From Gemmatimonadales bacterium (GTDB taxonomy: Bacteria; Gemmatimonadota; Gemmatimonadetes; Gemmatimonadales; GWC2-71-9): a DNA stretch of 64,000 nt. A model generated the notes under the pieces. The model saw only the letters and a list, made by a program, of their open reading frames with translations. It did not search any database and had not been told where the DNA came from. Within the stretch, counting starts at the first letter, position 1, and every line of letters begins with the position of its first letter. Of the stretch, positions 30,609-40,220 are shown piece by piece. The position numbers were made by a program, and so were the translations under genes. The DNA lies in the NCBI GenBank assembly GCA_037189525.1, contig JBBCJC010000005.1:128001-192000 (forward strand). The letters are read 5' to 3'.

Positions 30609-31022
30609 ATGCGTGTTCTAGTAGTCTACACGATGTTCCTGGCGCTCCAGCTTGGGCCGACTGAATCCCGCGCCCAACCGCGTCGGAGTGTCCCGGTCGG
30701 CGACTACCACATCCACCTGATGAGCGAGTCCGCGGCCAGACTCTTATTGGGGCCGACACTGGCCGAGGTCGAGCTACCCGCGGAGAGCGATCTCGTGATC
30801 CGCCAGTGGAGCGCGCGATCAAGGCGGTGGATCGCGCGTCGTTCACGGCTCCGTTTACGGCGGACGGCCTGTTGGGCCTGGCAAACGGCTGGGCTCGCGG
30901 GAGCGCGGCGATCCGCGGCGCCCCGGCGCTCACGTGGGACTGCACCGTTCGTTGAGCTTCGCTACATGGTGAATCGCCGTCTGTTCGACGGTCTCGTCGT
31001 GGCCGTGGGAGCGAGCTTCTGA
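30609..31022 (+). pseudogene. Chimeric cassette remnant: amidohydrolase-like N-terminus, frameshift, beta-barrel-like C-terminus
   Basis: Follows GTTAGCC (30554); signal peptide + GDYHIHL; shifted frame ERAIKAVDRASFTAPFTADG..GWARGSAAI; ends APFVELRY...VGASF*. Confidence 0.55.
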
Positions 31023-31029
31023 TGCTCGC

Positions 31030-31123
31030 GTATAACGAAGGTTTGCAGCGGGCGGCTGGGCAAGTCCTTTCGGAGTCGCGGTCGCCTCCCTGTCGGTCAG
31101 CGAAGCACAATGCTGAATCAGGC
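31030..31123 (+). mobile_element. Degenerate or truncated attC (left arm)
   Basis: GTATAAC-gaagg-TTTGCAGCGGGC and GGAGTCGCGG shared with the 29847 attC, placed just after a stop codon; no clean R' box. Confidence 0.6.
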
Positions 31124-31464
31124 TCAGCCAAGAGCTAAAAAGACAGCCTCGGTATCCGTGACAAACGCCTCAATGTCCGCAGCATGAGCCCGCAGGAGTG
31201 CGACAATGGTCTCCGTCGAAACATTCCCTAAACGAATCCAAACAACCTTCGGCGGTGTACCGCGAATTAGACTGAGTTGATGGAAGTCGGCGTCTTTAGT
31301 GACAAGTACGAACCCGCCATCGCCGGCGTACTGCCAGACCTGAGCATCGCTGGCTTCAGCAAGCCCCAACAGCGACGTGTGGGACGACCCCGGAAAAAGA
31401 TCGCCGAGTGAGACGGCGAGATGGCGAGATGGCGCGAGAGGTTCTGATCGAAAAGAAGCTTCAC
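31124..31464 (-). pseudogene. DUF5615 (VapC45-like PIN) toxin frameshifted by an 8-bp tandem duplication
   Basis: GGCGAGAT repeated at 31415-22 and 31423-30; removing one copy gives MKLLFDQNLSRHLAVSLGDLFPGSSH...VTKDADF...PPKVVWIRLGN. Confidence 0.9.
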
Positions 31465-31688
31465 GCGGCCGGGATTGACACCATCTTACGTTCCCGATCC
31501 GCGGCAAATGCCAAGCAAGCCCGGATGTCCTCCGAAGTGAGTTCAGGAAAATCCGCCAGAATCTGGGCTTCAGTCATTCCCGAGGCCAGGTACTCGAGAA
31601 TATCCTGAACAGCGATGCGCAATCCCCGAATCGTGGGTTTTCCGAATCGCTTTTCGGGGTCGAGAGTGATAAGCCGTTGATAGTCCAT
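31461..31688 (-). CDS. DUF433 family antitoxin
   Basis: ITLDPEKRFGKPTIRGLRI...LASGM...ILADFPELTSEDIRACLAFAA. Confidence 0.93.
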   Translation of the reverse strand: MDYQRLITLDPEKRFGKPTIRGLRIAVQDILEYLASGMTEAQILADFPELTSEDIRACLAFAADRERKMVSIPAA

Positions 31689-31992
31689 AGGTTAGACGAT
31701 ACGGCCTTAGCCAAAATCGCGCAATGCTGGGGCGAGGAACACGAGTTGGGAGATCAGGTTGAGAGAAGTGCGGGTTCGACGTCCTATCTCTTCCGCCGCC
31801 CGGATGCACCTGGTTTATGGATTTTTCGTGCTCCGATTACTGTACATTGGAATTTCCGTCATGTGCCGTACAAGGAGCCACCCTAGCTGAGCAAAGGGAA
31901 ATAAAAGTTGGTAAGTCCCGCTTGCCGGCACGGCGCGTGGGTTCGTAGACTTGAAGGGACCGTCGAGCCACTCTCCGAACCGGAGTTGTTCC

Positions 31993-32397
31993 ATGCGCAG
32001 CCTGTCCATCGTCGCCGGCCTTCTTTCGCTGACCGCGGGCGCGCTCGCGGCCCAGCAGGCGAGCCCACCCAGCGAAGGTGAGCAGATCTTCCAGACGGTC
32101 TGTGCGATGTGCCATTCGGTGGCGCCGCCGCCCAAGCTGGCGCCGCCAATCTCGCACGCGGCCGCGTATTACATGCGGCGGTTTCCCGACCCGCTACCCC
32201 CGCTCGTGGCCTATCTCAAGGAGCCCGCTGCCGCGCGTTCGGCAATGCCGGCACACGTGATCGAGCGGTTCGGGGTCATGCCTCCGCAGTCGCACCTCAG
32301 CGATGCCCAGCTCACGGCCGTCGCCAAATACATCTTGTCCGCCGCGGATACTGCGCATGTGAGAGCACAACCCGGGCACCGTCACCACGAGCGGTAG
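31993..32397 (+). CDS. Monoheme cytochrome c
   Basis: Signal peptide, CAMCH heme-binding motif, distal Met (GVMPP). Confidence 0.88.
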   Translation: MRSLSIVAGLLSLTAGALAAQQASPPSEGEQIFQTVCAMCHSVAPPPKLAPPISHAAAYYMRRFPDPLPPLVAYLKEPAAARSAMPAHVIERFGVMPPQSHLSDAQLTAVAKYILSAADTAHVRAQPGHRHHER

Positions 32398-32475
32398 GGC
32401 ACCTCAACAACGAGGCCCGACCCGGAAGCGATGCGCCGGATCAGACCTCGTCGTCATGACCGTACTGTCCAGCGG

Positions 32476-33891
32476 CTATTTCACACGCCGCCGCCGCTGT
32501 TGCCGGAGTTCGGCTCGAGCCCGGGCTCCGTCCAATCCGGAATCCCGCTCTCCGGAAACATGCATCGCGAGGGACCGGATGTTCGGGAAGCGGAACAGGT
32601 CGGTGATCGCCACCGTATGACCGGTCCGCTCCCGGATCTCTGCCACCGCGCGAACCGCCAGCAGCGAGTGGACTCCCAAGTCGAAGAGGTTCGTTGTGGT
32701 GTCTACGCAGTCCTGTTCCAGCAATTCGGACCAGAGATCTGCCAGGACCTCCTCGAGCGCTTGCGCCTCCGGCTTCATGTCGGCAGCTGACGGCTGCGCA
32801 ACGGGGAGCGCCGCACGCGTTCCCGCCCGATGTAATTGCCGCAACCGGTTCAAGGCTTCGAGCGAGTCGAGCACCCGGTCCACCTCGACGCCGAAGTCGA
32901 TGAGGCAGCCCACCTCGTCCACTCCGGCCGCCTGCATCCGATCCAAAGTGTGAAGACAGGATTCGGGTGTCCCGAAGAGTCCGCTGGTCTGGAAGTAGCG
33001 CTCGAAGGAATACTCCAGGGCTGCATCCACCTGCTCTGCCGACAAGCCGTCGACACTCGTCTCCGGAGCCCCGCGGAAGGGAGAGAGGGAGAAGAGATAG
33101 TTCTTGGCCAGCGATACCGAGCTACCGAGGTACCCCTTCATGGGATTCCGGACCAGTTCACGGATATCGGTAGCGTCCTCGGCCACGAAGGTGTGCACCA
33201 TGACGGTGACGGTTCCCTCGCCCGGATGTCCCGCTTCGCGCCATGCCTGCCTGAATCGCTCGATCTTGGGAGCGAGTTGTTCCACGCTCTGCCAGAGGAG
33301 ATGCGTGAGCACGTTCGCTCCGATCCGTCCGGCCATCTCGAACGTATCGGGATTCATGGCCGACGTGATCCACACGGGGAGTTCCGGTCGCACCGGCCTG
33401 GGAAGGGTGTGGACCTCCACCATATCCCCCACCCCGTTGCGTACCCGGAGGGACTCGCCGCGCCAGAGGGCGCGAATCGTCTCCAGCCGCCCGAACAGGA
33501 CGTCCTTGCGCTCCTGGTAGAGATCGGGCGCGAGGATGAAGTCGTTCGGGAACCACCCGGAGGCCACGCCAAGTCCGACCCGCCCGTTGGAGAGGTTGTC
33601 CACCATGGACCACTCCTCGACGACCCGAACGGGATCGTGAAGGGGGACCACGACGCTCCCCGGCCGAATCTCGATCCGCTCCGTCACGGCAGCCAGCGCA
33701 GCGGCGAGCACTGACGGGTTGGGCGACAACCCCCCAAAAGCATGAAAATGACGCTCAGGAGTCCAAACGGAAGAAAAGCCGTGTCGATCTGCGTAGCGGG
33801 CGCTTTCGAGAATCAGGCGGTACCCATCGCGCGCTTCGGCTCCGCCCTCAGAGCTGGCGAAGTAGAAGAGCCCAAAGTCAATCGGTTTCAT
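32476..33891 (-). CDS. MupA/Atu3671-type luciferase-like monooxygenase fused to a phosphopantetheine carrier domain
   Basis: DFGLFYFAS, WTPERHFHAFGG, EEWSMVDNLSNGRVG, CLIDFG; C-terminal NLFDLGVHSLL; GGAGG RBS before ATG 33891. Confidence 0.9.
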   Translation of the reverse strand: MKPIDFGLFYFASSEGGAEARDGYRLILESARYADRHGFSSVWTPERHFHAFGGLSPNPSVLAAALAAVTERIEIRPGSVVVPLHDPVRVVEEWSMVDNLSNGRVGLGVASGWFPNDFILAPDLYQERKDVLFGRLETIRALWRGESLRVRNGVGDMVEVHTLPRPVRPELPVWITSAMNPDTFEMAGRIGANVLTHLLWQSVEQLAPKIERFRQAWREAGHPGEGTVTVMVHTFVAEDATDIRELVRNPMKGYLGSSVSLAKNYLFSLSPFRGAPETSVDGLSAEQVDAALEYSFERYFQTSGLFGTPESCLHTLDRMQAAGVDEVGCLIDFGVEVDRVLDSLEALNRLRQLHRAGTRAALPVAQPSAADMKPEAQALEEVLADLWSELLEQDCVDTTTNLFDLGVHSLLAVRAVAEIRERTGHTVAITDLFRFPNIRSLAMHVSGERDSGLDGARARAELRQQRRRRVK

Positions 33892-34500
33892 CGAACCTCC
33901 CGGAAACTCGCACATGGTTGAGATCACAAACGTTGCGCGCAACCGCTGTGCCATTTCGAGCCGCTCGTGGAGTTTGACCATCCGTGCGACCCAGACAGCA
34001 CTTACGCGAGAGCATGTCCTGCGGAGAGACATTCTCGTGTGATAATATCATCTCTATATGAGGTTTTGTTACTACACTTTGTGTGGCAGTTCCGCATCCG
34101 GGACGGGACAAGTCGCCTTTCCAAAGATCAATGCAGGTTTGCAACTCACTGCATTGCGATGGTCGCACCGGCAATTGCGATGAGGATAGACAGCTATTGA
34201 GCCAAAGTCTCCACTTGGATTTGAGGGAGATGTCGTTCACCGCTTAGCCGCCAGCTGCTGCTGCGAAGTTCGAAAAAGCGGAGCGTCGTGAGGCTGGCTG
34301 GCGGGCTACCCTGCATCACGAGTTCGCCCGCATCGAGCCGGTGCATCGGCTGCTGTCCCCCACAGCGTGTCAACCGAGCTACCTTTGATACTGGTTCACC
34401 GAGGTCTCTGACGTGTGCCGACAGTTGTTCTCCCCTATTCTTCGGCGCTATGGTTTAGCAGCCAGACCGGCCCACGAAGACTCCGATATCATGGTGTACG

Positions 34501-35061
34501 ATGACCACAACTGTTCGACCCGGTGAACTTGCCGACGCAGCCGCTCTCGCTGAGCTCGCGGCACGCACCTTTCACGATACGTTCGCCGCGGAGAACGACC
34601 CGGAGGACATGGCACTCCACCTGGCCCAGAGCTATGGAGTTGCTCAGCAGAGCGCTGAACTCCTGGACGCGAATGTCTGTACACTCTTCGCCGAGATCGA
34701 TGGCACACTTGCCGGTTATGCGCAGCTGCGGGGCGGCCCGGCACCGCCGTGCGTGACCGGCGACACGCCCATGGAACTCTGGCGCCTGTATGTCGCCAAA
34801 GAGTGGCATGGCCGCGGTGTCGCCCAGGTCCTCATGAACGCCATTGACGCTGAAGTCCACAGGCGCGGAGCCCGAACCCTCTGGCTCGGCGTTTGGGAAC
34901 GCAATGCACGCGCCAAAGCCTTCTACGGGAAGCATGGGTTTACTGATGTCGGGTCACATACCTTCATGCTTGGTAACGACGAGCAGGTCGACCGGATCTG
35001 GGTGCGGTCGATCGAACCACCCGCAGGAATCGACACGACACCGTCGAAGAAAGCCGTCTGA
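34501..35061 (+). CDS. GNAT N-acetyltransferase
   Basis: RLYV..EWHGRGVA, WLGVWERNARAKAFYGKHGF. Confidence 0.92.
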   Translation: MTTTVRPGELADAAALAELAARTFHDTFAAENDPEDMALHLAQSYGVAQQSAELLDANVCTLFAEIDGTLAGYAQLRGGPAPPCVTGDTPMELWRLYVAKEWHGRGVAQVLMNAIDAEVHRRGARTLWLGVWERNARAKAFYGKHGFTDVGSHTFMLGNDEQVDRIWVRSIEPPAGIDTTPSKKAV

Positions 35062-35481
35062 TCTCGAGTTCGGAGCGCAGCGCCGAAGCTTTTAGCCCCA
35101 GGGTATTCCTTGGGGAGCTACGACAGCTGAGCTCATTGCGCAGCCAGCGGTTGCGGTATCGCGCAATCGGGTCGCAATCGTGTTGGACCAGGTGAGCAAC
35201 GCCGCGCCAATTCTGACCGGGAGGCTCGTTCGTACCAGGAGGGAGACAACCACGGGGACCGCCTCCCCGCCGAGTTTGTCTTGACTGGGTCGAGCGATAC
35301 ATTAAAGCATCACTGAGCCACGGCTGCCGGGGTTCCTGGCCGCTCGAGGTCCGGCAGGCCGTCACTCCCGAGGTGGCCGCCACCATCCGGCGCTATCTGG
35401 CACTCTCGGCCAGCACCTCGGGGTCGGAACACCGGACCCTGTGCAGGATTTCCGCTACGTACACGACGAAAGGCGACATCG

Positions 35482-37332
35482 ATGAGAAATACGACGATGT
35501 TACGACCGTCCGCCCCGGTCGGGCGTCAACACTCTCCGCCTCGCATCGTCTCTACATCCCCGCACCCGCTCCCCCGTATTGCTCTCGCTGGGTGCGTCCT
35601 GCTGGCGCTGGGCTGTACCCGTCCCGCGCCGTCGTCGGTCGCGTCGCCGCTGGCCGGCAAGCGGGCGGAAGGGCGAGGCGGCATGGTGTCCGCGTCGCAA
35701 CCCGAGGCCACACTCGTCGGTGTCTCCATACTGCGCGCGGGCGGCAATGCCGTGGACGCGGCTGTGGCCACGGCGTTTGCCCTCTCGGTGGTGGACCCAT
35801 CGCAGACCGGAATCGGCGGCGGCGGCGCGGCGACCGTCTGGATGACGGCCAATCAGCGCATGGACCATCTGTCGTTCTACGGGCGTGCCGGGGAACGTCC
35901 CGAGTGGGGTGCCCCCGAGACTGGTTCCCCCGCAGCGAGGGCCGCGGGTCGCGGCGCCGCCACGCCGGGCATGGTGAACGGTCTCCTCACGCTCCACGAG
36001 AAGTACGGCCGACTGTCGCGCGAACAGGTAATAGCGCCCGCGATCGCACTCGCGCGCGACGGATTCACGGTCTCTCCCCTGCTCGCCCGCACGATCACAT
36101 CCTCGCGGGCGCGTGTGCTCGAGGAACCCGGGGCCGCCGCGCGGTTCATGCCCGATGGAGAACCGCTCCGCCCCGGCGACCGGCTGGTGCAGCCGGAACT
36201 GGCCGCCGTGCTCGAACGGATTTCGGCGGTTGGAGCCGATGGGTTCTATCGGGGCGCGTTTGCCGAACGGCTCGCGCAGCACGTACAGTCCCGCGGCGGC
36301 CTCATCACCGTAGGCGACATGGCCTCGTACAAGAGCGTCTGGATGCGTCCGCTCTGCACGATGTGGCGCGGTTACACCGTGCTCGGCGCGCCACCGCCGA
36401 TGGGCGGCGCCGTGGTGCTGCAGATGCTGCATCTCGCGGAGCTGTCAGGCCTCACACGCGCGACCGGCTACACCGAATCGCCGGCGACTGCGGCGTCGTT
36501 CGCGCAGCTCATCCGGATCGCGCAGGTCGACGGGCAGCGCTGGCGGGGCGACCCGTCCGTGATCGCGGTGCCGGCACGCGGGATGGCGAGCGCGCGTTTC
36601 GCGGCCGCGCGCGCAGCGGAGCTCACCACCCCGATGCGCGACAGCCTCACGTCGGGCGATCCGTGGAGCGCCGACGCCGACACGCCGGACGGTGCCTGCG
36701 CATCGCTCGATCCGTATGCCGCGGCACAACGTCCCGCCGCCGGTGGAGCGTCGGACGGGTCGGACACGTTCGGCGCCGAGCCGCCGTCAGAAGACAGCAG
36801 CTTCACGTCGCACCTGAGTGTGGTGGACCGGGATGGCAACGCGGTGTCGATGACCACCACCGTGGGCGTGCTGTTCGGATCAGGCGTCTGGACCGACGGC
36901 GTCTGGCTCAACTCGGTCGGCCGCAACTTCGACTCGCGGACGCGAGGCACCAATCGTTCCACCAACTCCACCATGTCGCCCACGATCGTCCTCGACGGAC
37001 GGAATGTGCGGCTCGTAGTGGGCGCAGCAGGTTCGCAGTACATCCAGCCGGCCATCGCGCAGGTGAGCGTGCGGATGCTCGCCTTCGGCGAGGACCCGGC
37101 CATGGCGCTCGCCGCACCGCGCCTCCACCCGACGTGGAACTCGCGCGAGGTGGAAGTGGAACCCGGGTTCGGTCCCGAGGTCTACGGCGGCCTGGTGGCG
37201 CGGGGCTTCCGGCCGCGGTCCCGCGTTGGTGACATCATGTTCGGCGGTGTACATGCGGTGTTCGTGACACCGGACGGACGTCGAATCGGCGCGGCCGATA
37301 CGCGAAGGGACGGCTACGCAGCGGGCGAATGA
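35482..37332 (+). CDS. Gamma-glutamyltransferase family lipoprotein
   Basis: GGNAVDAAVA, GIGGGG, autocleavage Thr in FTSHLSVVDRDGNAVSMTTT, ADTRRDG; lipobox LALGC. Confidence 0.92.
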   Translation: MRNTTMLRPSAPVGRQHSPPRIVSTSPHPLPRIALAGCVLLALGCTRPAPSSVASPLAGKRAEGRGGMVSASQPEATLVGVSILRAGGNAVDAAVATAFALSVVDPSQTGIGGGGAATVWMTANQRMDHLSFYGRAGERPEWGAPETGSPAARAAGRGAATPGMVNGLLTLHEKYGRLSREQVIAPAIALARDGFTVSPLLARTITSSRARVLEEPGAAARFMPDGEPLRPGDRLVQPELAAVLERISAVGADGFYRGAFAERLAQHVQSRGGLITVGDMASYKSVWMRPLCTMWRGYTVLGAPPPMGGAVVLQMLHLAELSGLTRATGYTESPATAASFAQLIRIAQVDGQRWRGDPSVIAVPARGMASARFAAARAAELTTPMRDSLTSGDPWSADADTPDGACASLDPYAAAQRPAAGGASDGSDTFGAEPPSEDSSFTSHLSVVDRDGNAVSMTTTVGVLFGSGVWTDGVWLNSVGRNFDSRTRGTNRSTNSTMSPTIVLDGRNVRLVVGAAGSQYIQPAIAQVSVRMLAFGEDPAMALAAPRLHPTWNSREVEVEPGFGPEVYGGLVARGFRPRSRVGDIMFGGVHAVFVTPDGRRIGAADTRRDGYAAGE

Positions 37333-37350
37333 GCCAGGGGCAGTTTCGCG

Positions 37351-37473
37351 CTGTAACATCTCGTGATTTAGGACAGGATGGTCGGCATCAGGGGTCATCG
37401 CGGCCACGCCCGCACATTGGCGCGGCCGCTCGACTTCGGAAGGCACCTGCGGCTGAGACTAGAGCCGTTAGGC
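37351..37473 (+). mobile_element. Decayed attC site (right arm conserved)
   Basis: GGCGCGGCCGCTCGACTTCG...CCTGCGGCTGA...AGCCGTTAGGC aligns with the 29847 attC right arm GGCGCGGCCGGTCGGCTCCG...CCTGCCGCTGA...AGTCGTTAGGC. Confidence 0.7.
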
Positions 37474-37559
37474 CTTCAATGCCCGTGCTGGCGGTTTCAA
37501 AGAATCCGTGGGCAGCGTGATGATGGTGCTCGAGGTCGAGCAAAGGAAATCCGATCGAC

Positions 37560-38252
37560 ATGGCCAAGCGCATACTTCACGTCGTCAGCAACGTCGCCCA
37601 CTATGCAGATCCGTCCGATCCGACCGGTTTGTGGCTATCGGAGCTGACCCATGCCTGGCACGTCTTTGATACAGAGGGGTACGAGCAGCGTCTCGTAAGC
37701 CCCAAAGGCGGTGTCTCCCCACTAGAGCCTCGCTCCCTCAAATGGCCACTTGCTGATGCGTCGGTAAAGGCATGGTTAGCTGACCCGGCGAGATCTGCGT
37801 TACTGTCGACTACTGCCCGGCCCGATGAGATCGACCCGGCGGATTTCGATGCCATCTACTTTACCGGTGGGCACGCCGTCATGTGGGATTTTCCCAATGA
37901 CGCGGGGCTCCAGCGGATCACACGCGCCATCTACGAACGCGGCGGGATCGTTTCGTCCGTGTGCCATGGCTATTGCGGCCTACTCAATGTCCAGCTGACG
38001 GACGGTACCTTACTGGTTACCGGGCGCAGAATCACCGGTTTTTCCTGGCGGGAGGAAGTGCTGGCTGGTGTCGCCAAGAAGATGCCCTACAATGCCGAAG
38101 AGGAGATGAAGCGGCGAGGCGCGCTCTACGAGAAAGCCTGGCTGCCATTCGTCTCGAAGGCCGTCGTCGATGGTCGACTGGTGACCGGCCAAAATCCACA
38201 GTCGGCCAAGGTAACAGCCAAACGAGTTGCGGCCCTCCTACGCGAGGCATGA
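37560..38252 (+). CDS. DJ-1/PfpI (type 1 glutamine amidotransferase-like, Hsp31-like) protein
   Basis: TGLWLSELTH, YFTGGHAVMWDF, SVCHG nucleophile, LVTGQNPQS. Confidence 0.93.
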   Translation: MAKRILHVVSNVAHYADPSDPTGLWLSELTHAWHVFDTEGYEQRLVSPKGGVSPLEPRSLKWPLADASVKAWLADPARSALLSTTARPDEIDPADFDAIYFTGGHAVMWDFPNDAGLQRITRAIYERGGIVSSVCHGYCGLLNVQLTDGTLLVTGRRITGFSWREEVLAGVAKKMPYNAEEEMKRRGALYEKAWLPFVSKAVVDGRLVTGQNPQSAKVTAKRVAALLREA

Positions 38253-38270
38253 TAAGGTATTACAGTGGGC
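38247..38270 (+). mobile_element. Decayed attC left arm overlapping the DJ-1 stop
   Basis: GCATGATAAGGTATTACAGTGGGC vs GTCTAACAAGGTGTTGCAGCGGGC: 17/24 identical, mismatches mostly transitions. Confidence 0.5.
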
Positions 38271-38704
38271 GCCAGAATCGCCCGGCCCAACCATGCTAGC
38301 TAGCAGCGTGTATCGTACCCTTCAAAACCCGGATGAATCCATGGCTCGATGCACGCACCTCCTGACGGTTCCGGCCGGCTACCGTCACGCTCGGCACGGG
38401 TTTGTGGATCTTCACATCATGTATCGTAGCTATTCTATAAGACGATGTTTTCGTTGTACCAATGAGCAGCCAGGCAGCCTTGCCTCCGACACCAAAGACC
38501 GGCATGAGACTGACAATCAGAGATCTCGCGGGGCAATGGAGCGCCGTTTGCGGGAAACGCCTTATCGGTAGACGAAGCCAGAGTATGACCGGGTCGTGCT
38601 CAGTGACCTCGGGGAGATCTGGCGCGGCGCGCTCCGGCATCGGCGAATTCATGAACGGCTCAGTGGGACCATTGGCTCGGCACAATGCCATCAAGGTTGG
38701 GCTG

Positions 38705-39846
38705 ATGGCACGATACGTTCGCACGACCGGCCTGGCCGTGATCTGCACGATCTCCGCCGTTTCGTGCGCAGTGCCACGCGCTCCGGAAACCCCAGTCCCC
38801 CAGAGGGTGACTGACGTCCTGGAGCAGAAAATCTGCCTGACGATCGGCGCCCGAGCATATGGCTCGGCCGACCAAGCGAATCGCCGGTAGATCACTCGAC
38901 ATATGTGCAGCCGTTGGTCGAGATCTTTCGCACGGCCCCGCCGATCATGAGGGCGTACCTCTGCTCGATCGACCGAATCTATTTCGACAACCAACTCGCC
39001 TGGAACGCGGACTTTAGAGTCACGACCAACCCGGAGACACAAAGTCGGTACCGAACCATCGGTGTCCGGCGAGGACTGTTGGAGAGAAAAGTCGGTTACG
39101 TCGATTGGGCTACCGGCTGGACCCAACATTGGTGGACCGGCGCACCGATCGACCGGCCGAGCAATGATCCGGCGTTGCCCCGCGTAGAATCCGATCTTCG
39201 CAAGCCCGGCGATGTGCTGTTTCACCTCCTGGCACACGAAATCGCTCATGTCGTGGCATACGACTACCGCCCGGCAATACGACGGCAAGAATCGAACAGG
39301 TTCGAACCGGGGGATTTCGGATTTCTGAGCTGGGTATCACCCGGATACAGTGACTCCACTGGCCGGCACGACGCAGTCGCGCGAGAACCTGGTGTGCAGC
39401 GGGTGCGCATGCTCGACTTCGATGGCAATGTCAGAGCCCGCCTGGCCATGCGCACGGCAATGACACAGCAGGGAGCGCAGTGGGACGCCGGCCTCCATGA
39501 AATCGTTAATTGGCGTCCGGCGCCCCGCAGCGGCATCGCGACATTTTTCGAGCAGCTCGGCCCCTCGAGCTTCACCACGGTGTTTTCCACGTGGGTACCG
39601 GAAGACGACTGGACAGAGTCGTTTGCGATGATGATGCTGACCTCGATTGCGACGCGGCTCGATATCATCAGCGCTGACGGCGGGCGGATCCCTATTCTCG
39701 AGAAGGTGCGGGACCCGAAATCCTCGTTCGCACCAAAGCGCGCATTCATCCAAGAAATCATTGACCGCGCGTTGACGGACATGCGAGTTCGTCATGCCGG
39801 AACGACCGACGCGTGTTTCTCGGCCGCTCTCGACTCGCGCCAATGA
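38705..39846 (+). pseudogene. Putative zincin-like lipoprotein split by a frameshift near 38840
   Basis: One frame gives the signal/lipobox MARYVRTTGLAVICTISAVSC; another continues ...PVDHSTYVQPLVEIF...LLAHEIAH...PEDDWTESF. Confidence 0.6.
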
Positions 39847-40220
39847 CAATTCCTCCAGATCCGGATGAAACGTCGCTCACGCCCCAAAGCTTCATGGACG
39901 GATGCGCGCGCTCACTCCTCTGGCTGGGAGGCTCCGGTCTGTTCCTGTTTATTCTTGCCCGGATCGCGGGGCAGTCGGAACGTCGCTTCGGAGTCCTCTT
40001 ACTAGGATTCGCTGTCATTTGCTTTGCCTGGGCGGTGGGACGGCCACCGTTTGTCACCTTGCTCCGTTTCCACTCCTCACTTCGATGGTTGGGGCAATGG
40101 TCACCCCTCCCTTCCCGAGTCGAGCCTGCACCGCCAAGTTACCCGAAGAGGGGGCGCGGCCGTTCGGCTCTGGCCGCTGCTCGAGCCCGAAAGTCGATAG
40201 CCGAACCAGGCTGGCCATGA
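39843..40220 (+). CDS. Hypothetical membrane protein
   Basis: Two hydrophobic stretches; ATGA overlaps on both sides. Confidence 0.45.
   Translation: MTIPPDPDETSLTPQSFMDGCARSLLWLGGSGLFLFILARIAGQSERRFGVLLLGFAVICFAWAVGRPPFVTLLRFHSSLRWLGQWSPLPSRVEPAPPSYPKRGRGRSALAAARARKSIAEPGWP

Noticed and set aside
31691..31886. GTTAGAC core-like site followed by a short ORF fragment
   Set aside because: A 7-mer alone is expected by chance; no paired arm and no recognisable product
35062..35481. Possible integrase remnant (VTPEVAATIRRYL)
   Set aside because: No tyrosine-recombinase catalytic motifs; resemblance too weak
35373..37232. 619-aa alternative-frame ORF over the GGT gene
   Set aside because: Arg/Gly-rich off-frame translation of a GC-rich gene
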